The notes beneath the pieces are model-generated. The model was not told the origin of the DNA, ran no database searches, and saw only the letters and a list, made by a program, of their open reading frames with translations. From Haliotis rubra (lineage: Eukaryota), in NCBI RefSeq assembly GCF_003918875.1, contig NW_025765059.1, positions 1,922,001-1,986,000 on the forward strand: a stretch of DNA of 64,000 nucleotides, written 5' to 3'. Shown piece by piece: positions 50,678 to 61,480 of the stretch. Position 1 is the first letter of the stretch. Each line of letters starts with the position of its first letter. Made by a program: the position numbers and the translations under genes.

Positions 50678-50842
50678 CTTTTGGTTTGTTGACATCCTCC
50701 TGTCTAATACGCTCATGGTTCAGGCTGCACGTCACACACAGCTGCTCAATCTGCTGAAGAAGGCCCTCCACCAGACGGCGCTGTTCTACCGCTGCCTGAC
50801 GTAGACGAGCAGCATGGCGACGTGCAACAAACCCTCGTGCGA
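50678..50842 (-). CDS. SH2-myosin exon (IQ motif, neck)
   Basis: LARGFVARRHAARLRQ...; with the previous exon it forms LQKLARGFVAR (IQxxxRGxxxR). Confidence 0.88.
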
Positions 50843-51004
50843 CTGTAGACATACAATTATAACAGTCTGTAACAACAGGTGGATATAAGTTTTATAAGAT
50901 TTGTCCAGTGCGAGAGAATCCCCTAACTTTGTTACACAAACTGTTCTTGGTTCATTATTATTCATTGTTATCTTGTTCTGTACATTGCCCAAGTATAGAT
51001 ACTG

Positions 51005-51165
51005 GAAGCGGGGTAGTATAGTGGTTAAAGTGTTTGCTCGTCACGCCGAAGATCTAGGTTCGATTCCCCACAGTGGTACAACGTGTGAAGCCCAATAAAT
51101 TTCTGGTGTTCCTCGCCATATGGCTGAAATATTGCTAAAAGCAGTGAAAACTCACTCATTCACTC
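51005..51165 (+). mobile_element. SINE family A, diverged
   Basis: A/B boxes and (actc)n tail. Confidence 0.78.
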
Positions 51166-51306
51166 AAGAATATATATATGTCCATATCCAGTCTGTATTA
51201 TTCATCTGAAGACGGAGTGAGAATTAACTCAGAAATATCATGCTTAACAAACATAGACGCATGTTCATCACCTCTAAATACGTTCCTCTATAGGTGTTCT
51301 ACTCAC

Positions 51307-51398
51307 GTTTCTGCAGCATCACCGCTGACACTCCCATGCGTTGCAGGATGTCGGACAGCTGCTCGATGTGCCAGTACTTCAGGAACACCTTTGTCTTC
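51307..51398 (-). CDS. Myosin converter exon
   Basis: GKTKVFLKYWHIEQL, the hallmark end of the myosin motor domain. Confidence 0.93.
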
Positions 51399-51785
51399 CT
51401 AAACACATATATACAGTGTCATTCAAGTACTTATGTATATCATCCGGGGTACTCATACTGCAACTTAAGTCCCGTCCACATGTGTGTATCCATAGCAACT
51501 AAATCTGTATATAAAAAAATGCCAAACACAATACAAGCAAGCAGAAACAATCAGCATGCATTCTGGGTTCCCTGTGGATAACTTGACCTGAGTTGCCTGT
51601 TTGATGCCAGAAGAAATTTACAAACACACTTTGCAATGAATTTACCCTCTATAATACAACATAACAAATACTAAGTGATTTCTATCCAACATGGCATGGG
51701 ATTTATCTGTTGGTCTCATACTCGCTAAATGTAGCAAAATGTTCAGATTAAGTGCAAAGTTCGCAGTAAGTACACATGTACTGAC

Positions 51786-51881
51786 CCAACGTGCCAGCCC
51801 TTGAGGCCGCTTGCCTGGAGAATCTTCCTGCAGTTTTCAGATGACCCCTTCAGTTTGTGCTGACACAGCAGAATCTTGTAC
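51786..51881 (-). CDS. Myosin converter exon
   Basis: YKILLCQHKLKGSSENCRKILQASGLKGWHVG; phase 2/2. Confidence 0.88.
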
Positions 51882-52063
51882 CTACCGACACAAGGGTTCA
51901 CATGTGATGTACACTATAGTAACTCTTGTCAAGATTACACAATATCCTCCACTTTTATTTTGTTTATTAATGGCAAAATATTTTAATAAGGCCTTCACAG
52001 AAAAAATGAGATAGAAAATAAGTATGTTAAGCGTTGTCATGAAAAAGAGATAGGTCAGCATAC

Positions 52064-52149
52064 TTGTCAACAAATTCCTGGAACATAGGCCTCACTGCAA
52101 AGCCCTCCCTTCGGATCTTGGTAGTCTCCAACATGCCAGTGTACAGAAG
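52064..52149 (-). CDS. Myosin motor exon (SH1-helix region)
   Basis: LLYTGMLETTKIRREGFAVRPMFQEFVDK, matching myosin QLRYxGxLExxRIRRxGY. Confidence 0.93.
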
Positions 52150-52179
52150 CTACAACATGCACAGCAGATGCATCACCAC

Positions 52180-52429
52180 NNNNNNNNNNNNNNNNNNNNN
52201 NNNNNNNNNNNNNNNNNNNNNNNNNNNNNNNNNNNNNNNNNNNNNNNNNNNNNNNNNNNNNNNNNNNNNNNNNNNNNNNNNNNNNNNNNNNNNNNNNNNN
52301 NNNNNNNNNNNNNNNNNNNNNNNNNNNNNNNNNNNNNNNNNNNNNNNNNNNNNNNNNNNNNNNNNNNNNNNNNNNNNNNNNNNNNNNNNNNNNNNNNNNN
52401 NNNNNNNNNNNNNNNNNNNNNNNNNNNNN
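52180..52429. other. Assembly gap (250 N)
   Basis: Run of N. Confidence 1.
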
Positions 52430-52803
52430 TTCACTCGCATATTCGGTGAATCGAACTGTAGCTCTTCATGAATTCAATTTGTTATTCATGGTCACCAGAA
52501 CCGAATATTAACGAATATTTACGATTTTTTTAAGGGAGCATGTTTTACTTGAACCCTTATGTCCTTTTCCTAACTGAGATATGCAAGAATGGAACATGTA
52601 CTAGTGTTGCAGTAGTGCAAGTCAAGTTAGTTTGCCAAGACTGCACATGGTACTGTCGATTATAACTATTACATACCAAATTTGAGTGTCATGAGATCAC
52701 TGGTTATTGCTGTGACAAATCAAACTGTCAACACGGGCGTTCCATATCAATCACTTAACTACAATATTGTATTCATGAATCATTATTCGTATTCGTTACC
52801 CAA

Positions 52804-52932
52804 TGATGAATAGGAAAGGAGAGATCAGCATCAAAAATATGAGCTTCTGATTGGTTGATTAAGGTGGGACGGATGGGACGTGAATCTGATTGGTCAATCC
52901 TACCTGTCTCGATGACGTCACGCTAAAAATAG
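52804..52932 (+). repeat. Left TIR of the Polinton-like element
   Basis: tgatgaataggaaaggagagatcagcat...tgacgtcacgctaaaaatag, inverse of 62319-62447. Confidence 0.93.
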
Positions 52933-53970
52933 TTTGTTTGGTATTTCAAATTGCTGTCACAGAACCGGATTAAAATCCTGCCATATCAAATGAAGTACAT
53001 AATAGTTTTGTTAGTTGGTTAAATCCTTGATGAGATATTCACATATCTATTGAAAACAAAATACTCATTCATGTAGATCTATGAACTGAGATGAAGTATT
53101 CAGTCACTGTGAAATTCAGGTGACCTCATACAGCGAGGGTACCAATAAGGTCACACAGTGAGAGCTATGCACAGCAGTTCCATTTACAAGCTCCTATCAG
53201 TTTTCCTATTAAGTTTCTCAACCGGTAGTTAACTATAACATCATTGTTTACACATATGTACACAAGTAGTCACACTTATATTTCACTCTTTCCAAAAAGT
53301 GTGGACAAAATAAGATTGTGAGGGGAGGGAGAAAGAAAATCACGTAATATGGGAAATTCCCATGCTTTAAATAGTTGACAGTTACACCTCGAAACTTGTC
53401 GTGTCTGGAATCAACCGGTACAACTATGACGTCACGTTTAAGGTCATTGTAGTTCAAATGTATAACCAGGGAAAGCTGAGCGCTATTTTTCGTATCTTCA
53501 TTAACTTTTCACAATCTTATTACACACAATTTAGTAAAGTAAATATTGACAACAGTTATAAGTGAGGTTCTATGTTTTGGATTAAAATCATTCAAACATT
53601 TACATAGCAGCTCCTACAATACTGAAAGTGTTGGAATAAACTGGTGCTAACCGCTTATGTAAGAGTGTATAAATAGTGATTTTAAATTCCGCTGTTGTCG
53701 GATGAGACAGACGAGTGTTCCAACTGCGTGTCACACCCCAGGTAAAGATTAACCACAAAACACCTTTACATGTTAACATAAATGAAATGCTAAGATAAAT
53801 TTATAAGTATTTAACTGCACTTGTTTCCCATAACTAGAGAGCACATGAGAAATAGTTCCCAGTTTAGTCAACTTCACATATATCAAATGCCTTTTGTGCA
53901 GAAGAAATTGCATAAAATATTTTATGTATAAAGGACATTTTACTAGATTTATATTACCCTTAATTTTAGA

Positions 53971-56900
53971 ATGGCAAGCAACATGGATTAACAGAACTTT
54001 TGAACACGGTGCGATCGGTTGAAAACCTTGAGGAATGGGCTAAAGCTAACAATTGTGAAGATGACCAAGAAGTAGCCTTGAAACGAATTCAGTTGTTGGC
54101 GCTAGATTTGTCATCGCAACTATCATCAACAGTACAAAAGAAGCATGTTGAGAACAGATGTAATGAGTGTGGTAAAGACTTTAACAGCGACAGCACCTAA
54201 TGAGACATATCCGGACGGTTCATGGAAATCAACGATTCACTTGTGAGCAATGCAACCACAGCTTTACACGACGGGAGAATTTCAACACTCACCGCTGTCG
54301 AAGAAAGTCTAGAGATGTCAGCGAGACTCCCAAACGACGATGCTTACATCCCGTGAACACAGACGACAACACATCTCAAGCCCGTTACGCTACATGCAAC
54401 TAGTGTGGACACTACAAGTGCCTATTACCTGGCAAGGCCTTTTGTGAAAGATGCTCACACAAAGGTCCCGAGTGTAAGCTGTGTCACCGACCTATGCCTG
54501 AGAGGTTTTACTCTCAGCGAGTAGACCAGTGTGACAGTTGTTTTCGCAGACGGGAGCGCTATCAAGAGAGGTCAAGAAATCAGGTCGGTGGCGGACGAGT
54601 GGAGGCTCTTGAGGGGTTGGTCTCCACAACAACTCTCACTCCCAGTGAAGGCAGTTTCTCGCAGACGAGAAAACAAATATTGAATCATTATTGCATGATT
54701 TCTTCTTAGAGATGAAAGGTTTGAAATGGTTTCTGGTGTTGAAAGTGAAATATATAAAATATGATGAAAATAATGATAGCACTTTGGCAGAACCTGTGAT
54801 GAGAAGCACGAATTTTATCCTTACAAATCTCTCTGAAAAAGAAGAACAGATTGCAGAGGCCTATCAAACACTGTACATCGCTACTCAGGAATTTCAGGCA
54901 GAAGGTAGTGGGTGGATATTGGATAACATTGTACATTTAGAAGTGAACATGGCCGAGTATACTCCCTTAGCAGCCAGCAGTTACATTCCCCTGTCCAATT
55001 ATCTGAAGGATAAGAAGGCAATTTTGAATATTAAGAACGAGGATTAAAGATGTTTTGTGTGGTCAGTGTTAGCAGCCCTACATCCTGTTGACCGGAAACA
55101 AAATGCAAACAGAGTCAACAAGTATGTTCAGTTTGAAAAGGACTTGAATCTAGAGGGAATTGACATGCCCATGCCACTGTCACAAATTCACAAATTTGAA
55201 GAGCAAAATGGCATTTCAGTAAATGTTTTTGGCTATGAGGGTGATAATGATGGGGTTTTCCCTCTCCATGTTAGCAAGTGTAACTTTTCAAAAGAAGTAG
55301 ATTTACTATTGCTAAGTGCAGGGGAAAAGAGACACTATTGTTTGATAAGGAATTTCAGTCGGTTGATGGGAGATAGGACAAAACATAACGGAAAAACATT
55401 CTATTGTAAACACTGTCTTCATGGCTTCAGTAGACAAAATTTGCTTGATAATCATAAACTTTATTGTTATACCCATGGTCTGCAGAAAGTTAGATTACCA
55501 GACAGTGAAGATGAGAAGTGGGTTAAATTTAAAAGTCTACAGAAGCAGCTAAAGGTTCCGTTTGTAATCTATGCTGATTTCGAATCCATTACCAGAAAAG
55601 TTAGCAGCTGTCAACCCAATCCAAACACATCACATACTACAGTCTATCAACAGCATGAGCCTTCAGGATTCTGTTACAAGGTTGTATGTTCAAACCCTGA
55701 CTATTACAAACCAGCTGTAGTTTACAGGGGCCCCAATGTTATTCAAAACTTCATTGAATGTTTACTCGAGGAAGAGAAGCATATTACACAATTGTTAGAT
55801 CAGGAAGTACCAATGATAATCACTGATGATGAAGAGCAAGCATTTCAGGATGCCAAGGTGTGTCACATTTGTCATACACCTTTCGGTCCAAAGTCTGTCA
55901 AAACGAGAGATCATTGTCATATATCAGGGAGATTTAGGGGTGCTGCCCATCAAAAATGTAATCTTAATTACAAGTTCAAACAAGTAACAGACAAAGAAAC
56001 CAACCAGAACAAATACTTTCTTCCTGTCATCTTTCACAATCTTAAGGGTTATGACTCCCATCTCATCATGCAAAAGCTGGATAAATCCATCAAGTAAAAA
56101 CTACAATGTTTGGCTAACAACATGGAAAAGTACATCTCATTCTCTGTTGGCAATCTGAGGTTTATCGACTCAATTCAGTTTCTAAATACATCTCTAGAAA
56201 CATTGGTAGACAATTTGAAAGCTGAAGGTTCTTCCAAATTTAAGAATCTAAAACATGAGTTTTTGGATCAGCAACAATTTCATCATCTCTTAAGAAAGGG
56301 AATATATCCGTATGATTTCATGGATGATGAATCCAAGTTTGAGATGAATTTTCTTCCTTCCAAAGAAGAATTTTACAATGTTCTGAGTGACAGCCCCATT
56401 TCAGACAGTGATTATGTCCATGCACAACAGGTATGGTCCACTTTTGGTCTTAAAACAATGGGTGACTATCATGATTTATACATGAAAACGGATGTCTTAT
56501 TGTTGGCAGATGTTTTTGAGAATTTTAGGAATATGGCTTTAGAATACTATCACTTAGACCCTGCCCATTATTACACGCTGCCAGGTTTGGGTTGGGATGC
56601 TATGCTGAAGATGGGAAATGTAGAACTAGAGCTGCTCACTGACTTAGACATGCATCTCATGATAGAACAAGGACTTAGGGGTGGCATATCTATGATTTCC
56701 ACAAAATATGCAGAGGCTAACAATCCTTATCTGAAAAAGGATTTCAGACCTAGTGAACCCTACTCTTATATCATGTACTGGGATGCTAATAATTTGTATG
56801 GTCATGCCATGTCCCAGCCATTGCCTGAGCGAGACTTCCAATGGATGACTCCAGATGACATTGACAGGCTAAACATACAGAGCATCCCTCACGATTCTAA

Positions 56901-57998
56901 AACTGGATATATTTTGGAGGTTGACCTAAAGTATCCACACGAGTTGCACGACAGTCACAATGACTATCCCTTAGCCCCAGAGTCCATTACAGTAACAAAA
57001 GACATGCTTTTCCTCGTTCCCTGGAGTTAAGAGAGAAGCTCTGTATCAAGGGGAAACCTGTTAGGAAGTTAGTCCCAAATCTGTATGATAAACAAAAATA
57101 TGTTGTACACTACAGGAACCTGCAGTTCTATTTGAATCAGGGACTAAAACTGACCAAAATTCATCGAGTAATTCAATTCCAACAGTCCCCATGGTTACGA
57201 CCTTACATTCTTTTTAATACCGAGAAACGGAAACAGGCTAAGAATGAAGCAGAGAAGGCTTTCTTCAAGTTATGTAACAATTCATGTTTTGGCAGATCCA
57301 TGATGAATGTGAGGAAGCATGTTAATGTTGAATTGGTCAGTTCATCTAAAAGACTGAGAAAGCTTTGTGCTAAACCTACTTTTGAAGCCTTTAAAATTTG
57401 TAATCCTGATCTGGCAGCTGTACACCTGAAACGAGCAAGCCTGTTCCTAAATCAACCTCTGTATGCAGGCTTTTCGATACTGGATCTCTCAAAGATAGTG
57501 ATGTATGATTTTCACTATAATTTTATCCATAAACACTATGGAGAAAAGGCCCACTTGTGTTTTACTGACACAGACTCAATGTGTTATCAAATTGAGACTG
57601 AAGAACTGTATGCTGATATGGCCAAGCATTTCGATTTGTTTGACACCAGCAACTACAACCCCTCCCACCCCCTATATTCTGTACAAAATGCCAAAGTTTA
57701 AAGACGAAGTTGGAGGCTGTGTTCTTGAACAGTTTGTTGGATTGCGACCAAAAATGTACTCTCTTATGTATGATGGAAAAGAAAAGCAGACTGCCAAGGA
57801 AGTATCCAAAACCGTGATAAAGAAGCAACTTAGACATTCAATGTACAAACAATGCCTCTTTGACGAGGTACAATATAGACACACTATGCATAGTATTCAG
57901 AGCAAAAACCACCAGCTGTACAGCGTAGCTGTGAATAAAATTAGTCTGAGTTGCTTTGATGACAAAAGATATGTTTTATAGGATCAATGCAATTCATA
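53971..57998 (+). pseudogene. Protein-primed DNA polymerase B (Polinton type), disrupted
   Basis: ExoI YADFES, ExoII FHNLKGYD, ExoIII LYMKTDV, PolA YWDANNLYGHAM, PolB KLCNNSCFG, PolC FTDTDS, DDKRY; N-terminal C2H2 fingers; in-frame stops (55045, 56095, 57979) and frameshifts. Confidence 0.95.
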
Positions 57999-58000
57999 TA

Positions 58001-58150
58001 CAGTGGAAGCTGTCTAACATAGCAGCTATACAATCCAGCAAGTTTTCTAAACTGACATAAAATATTAGTTCCATCCGTGACTAGCACATTTATCATCATT
58101 TAAAAGCTGTTTATTCTGGCAGCCATTCATTACGGATTTTGCCATCAAAT
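58001..58150 (+). mobile_element. One-ended Tc1/pogo-like MITE fragment truncating PolB
   Basis: ta|cagtggaagctgtctaa resembles the end of the 35188 MITE; no matching right end found. Confidence 0.5.
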
Positions 58151-58508
58151 GAGGCAACTAAAAGTGTGTTTTGTAATTAGAGTTTTTCACTTATATCTAT
58201 TATGGCAACGGGAAAGCTCGCATCACCAATATGGTTTGTGGTTTGGGATGCGGTGAAACCTGTGAGTGTTAGCTGGAACAAGCTAACCATGAGTGACATT
58301 GCAATGATTCTCAATAAAGCATTGCACTCTTCCCAAGAAGAAAAACTCAACTAGTTGAAGCTATTTACACTCTTTATTACAAATACACAAATACATGTTG
58401 ATCGTCACATGCCTCAAATTAAACTGCATACAGATTAATGCATTAACAAGCTATTCACATTCTACTACATAATATTAGCATTATGATCAGCTCGTAGAAA
58501 AACAAAGT

Positions 58509-59177
58509 TTATAGTTCATCATCTGATTGTTCATCATCTGACTGTTCATCCACAGACTTGTCATCAAAGTCTACATCTTCAGCCTGGCCCGAGTCCACAT
58601 GAGAGAGAATATCTTTCACGACAGGTTTCATCCACTGTCCAATTTTCGCATCAATGTCTTTGGGGTTCATGTCAGGGTCCAGGTCTGTGATTTTCTCCAA
58701 TACAGGCTTGAAAAGGGGACCATATCCGAAATAGCTGGCATAACGGATGGCTATCGCAAGTCTGTCAAGAAACATAGTTTCCCAGCATTTCCTCAATTTC
58801 TTCTCAATCAATCTTTCACTCTTTCCTTTATCCTCAAGGTCCTCCTTTTTTTTCCTTATGTCCTCCTTGCAGGCTTTCAACGTTTGTTCCCACATGTATT
58901 CAATGCCTTTCACTTCTCTCTCTTGATCAACCATAGTACCTTTTTTCACTGGACGCAGGATATCATTCTTAGTATCATCAGGTGCATCCACCTTAGCTCG
59001 CTTCTGCAGAGGCTCCCCACCATTTTCAGGGCACCAGGTCCTCACATGACGTTGAAGGTCATGGTTGTTTTCAAATACAATATCGCATTCATCACAGGAA
59101 GGCATGTTTTCGTCTTCCGAGGGTACAGTAGTCTCAACCAGCTTGGAGATGTTATCTCTGTGTGTGTCTGGAGTCAA
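58509..59177 (-). CDS. Polinton hypothetical protein with zinc-finger-like motif and acidic tail (possibly the C-terminal part of the ATPase gene)
   Basis: CDECDIVFENNHDLQRHVRTWC, charged helical region, DEQSD repeats. Confidence 0.65.
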   Translation of the reverse strand: MTPDTHRDNISKLVETTVPSEDENMPSCDECDIVFENNHDLQRHVRTWCPENGGEPLQKRAKVDAPDDTKNDILRPVKKGTMVDQEREVKGIEYMWEQTLKACKEDIRKKKEDLEDKGKSERLIEKKLRKCWETMFLDRLAIAIRYASYFGYGPLFKPVLEKITDLDPDMNPKDIDAKIGQWMKPVVKDILSHVDSGQAEDVDFDDKSVDEQSDDEQSDDEL

Positions 59178-59323
59178 ATGATAAGGTGGCTCAGGTTGTT
59201 CCTCTTTTATAGATGTGCCCCCTGTCTCAAAGTGTCTTGATTTTGGTGGTGGGGGGGGGTTGAAACATGTCGTTTTGCTATCTCTGGGACCGGGGGTATG
59301 TCAGCTTTTGTAACATTAGGTTG

Positions 59324-59947
59324 TCATCTCTCAGATTCAAGGCTTGTAGGTTGTAGGTCGATAGTCAGATTGCCATAAGGTTTTTGAACAGCTGTCTCAT
59401 ACACTGACATAAACCTATCAGCATTGTTGGGGTAGATATGTCTGGCAAACAATTGGACCTGAAGTCTATCCATTGGGGAATTAAAAAGGGTCACATAGTG
59501 AGAATTCAGAGCAATGTCACGTGACTCTTTCCCTCGTGGAAACAGATTCTGTAACAGTAGGAAGATAATGACATTCTTATGATGAGAGGTTCGGGTAAAT
59601 AGCTGCGAGATGCGTTTGTCATCCTTGGCTTCAGACATCAAGTCATCCAACACAATCATGTTGTTGTTTCTGGCATCCAAGTAGGTGTCGTCAAGTACAT
59701 TGTAAGGAATTCCTTTCACAAACGTCACATGGGGTAACTGTTCACAGATCACCTGGTACAGGGGCTGCCATTGAGTATAGCACCAGATAATGTGATTAGG
59801 TGTTGGCTGTATACATCCTTGCATGAGAAGGTTGTATACAAACATCGATTTGCCACTGCCAGTAGGACCCACAACGACTGAATTAGAGGGGATGGTAAAC
59901 TTGAAATGTTTAGGCATTAAGTGTGACTGCAGCAGTGGCTGCAAATA

Positions 59948-59983
<36 letters not shown>

Positions 59984-60280
59984 GCTGCTGCTGCTGCTGG
60001 GAATATGCTGCTGCTGCTGCTGCTGCTGCTGGGAATATTGCTGCTGCTGCTGCTGGGAATATCGCTGCTGCTGCTGCTGCTGGAATATTGCTGCTGCTGC
60101 TGCTGGGAATATTGCTGCTGCTGCTGCTGTGAATATTGCTGCTGCTGCTGCTGGGAATATTGCTGCTGCTTGTCATACTCCTTGTGTTTATTACGCCTAT
60201 GTCTGCTGCTAAGAATATTGCTGCTGGCCAGGTATAAGTCATGAAGGTATAAGTATTGGAACAGAGAGAACAACCATACA
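59324..60280 (-). pseudogene. A32/FtsK-like DNA packaging ATPase with polyQ N-terminus (frameshifted in the repeat)
   Basis: Walker A GPTGSGKS, Walker B MIVLDD, RTSHHKNVIIFLLLQN motif; upstream QQQYSQQQ repeats. Confidence 0.85.
59941..60170 (-). repeat. (CAG)n-CAATATTCC compound coding repeat
   Basis: Units of (ctg)n ggaatattg on +; reads YSQQQQQQ on -. Confidence 0.92.
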
Positions 60281-60337
60281 TGTTGTCACGTCAGCAGTTT
60301 GATTCCAACTGTGATCATGTCATAAAATGGATGCTCT

Positions 60338-61480
60338 TTATACCCACCAAAAAGACTGTAGATCTGCCTCGGGGATCCAGCTGTTGAATTTCTTGGGATA
60401 ACCCATCCATTTGACATACACCTCTTTTCTACCAGTTCTCTTCCTCTTCTTCAAGACTTTGTCAACACGCCACATGGTGTCTGCAGACTTATAAACTTTC
60501 TGAAGTTCATTTGCATAAAAGGTACCAGTGATCGGATCCTCAGCCATATCCTTGACTTTGTAGACTGGTATCCCATCCCTATAATATCGTCTGCTAATAA
60601 TGAATATTTCCTCTGTCCATTTCTCCTGATAGTCGCGTTGAAAGGCATGTCTCAAATGTGACAGTCGTACCTGATCCCCTACTTTGAATTTAAAGGCTTT
60701 CCGTCTGCTTTCATTCACCTTCTCTGCTTTGGGTTTGACTTGTTTGTGCAGTGGATCAATGTACTGTTGTTTCCAAACGACTGATTCATTTTTGACATCA
60801 ATATCAGCTGGTGATCTTTCATTTAGCGATCTGTGGGGTCTCTGGTTATAATCATTCACCAAGTCTTGTAAAATGTCAAGATAACGATACGTTTGTTTGA
60901 AAGTAAAATATCTATACATAGTCGTCTTGAGTGTTCGTATTACTCTCTCGGCATAAGAAGCCTTGGTTTCATTCTGTGTGACATAGTAGGTGATACCCTT
61001 CTTTGCTAAATATGATCTCACTTTCTTGTTATCAAATTCACGACCTTTGTCAGATCGTATAATGTGTGGTAGAGTAGCACGAGCAAATATCTTCTTCATG
61101 GCTTTAATAATGACATCTGGAGTTTTATTTTGGAGAGGCTCCACCCACAGAAATCGTGTAAATACGTTAATAGCTATCAATAAGTATTTTACACCATCAT
61201 TGTCTGAGGCTATGTTAGATACATCAGCCAAGTCAATATCCCACCGGTCATTCAAACCAGTTGAGACCACTCTGTTCTGCTTAAACTTGTATCTAAGAGG
61301 TCGTTGAAGTGAATAGGCATCTTGAGAAGCGAGCCACTTTTTGATGTGATGTAAGCTGATATCAAATTTCCCTTCCTTTTTCACCATGTGATATAACTTA
61401 GTTGAGCCCACGAAGGAGGCTGGGTGTTTGGAATTAAAGTAAATGCTGGACAAATACTCTTCCCATCCTTCCACGGGCAT
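60338..61480 (-). CDS. Retroviral-type (rve) integrase with C-terminal chromodomain, intact 380 aa
   Basis: YFNSKHPASF N-terminus; DIDLAD / SDKGREF / AERVIRTLK (D,D,E); VDKVLKKR...YVKWMGYPKKFNSWIPEADL chromodomain. Confidence 0.95.
   Translation of the reverse strand: MPVEGWEEYLSSIYFNSKHPASFVGSTKLYHMVKKEGKFDISLHHIKKWLASQDAYSLQRPLRYKFKQNRVVSTGLNDRWDIDLADVSNIASDNDGVKYLLIAINVFTRFLWVEPLQNKTPDVIIKAMKKIFARATLPHIIRSDKGREFDNKKVRSYLAKKGITYYVTQNETKASYAERVIRTLKTTMYRYFTFKQTYRYLDILQDLVNDYNQRPHRSLNERSPADIDVKNESVVWKQQYIDPLHKQVKPKAEKVNESRRKAFKFKVGDQVRLSHLRHAFQRDYQEKWTEEIFIISRRYYRDGIPVYKVKDMAEDPITGTFYANELQKVYKSADTMWRVDKVLKKRKRTGRKEVYVKWMGYPKKFNSWIPEADLQSFWWV

Noticed and set aside
48028-50804. Long ORFs of 378 and 450 aa on +
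   Set aside because: Translation of a stop-free 29-bp satellite (29-aa periodicity), antisense to a myosin intron
52064-52471. ORFs spanning X runs
   Set aside because: Artefact of the N gap
58599-59240. 213-aa ORF on +
   Set aside because: Antisense shadow of the - strand ZnF ORF; no recognisable motifs
59823-60281. Poly-Ala/Cys/Leu/Ser ORFs
   Set aside because: Alternative frames and antisense readings of the CAG repeat
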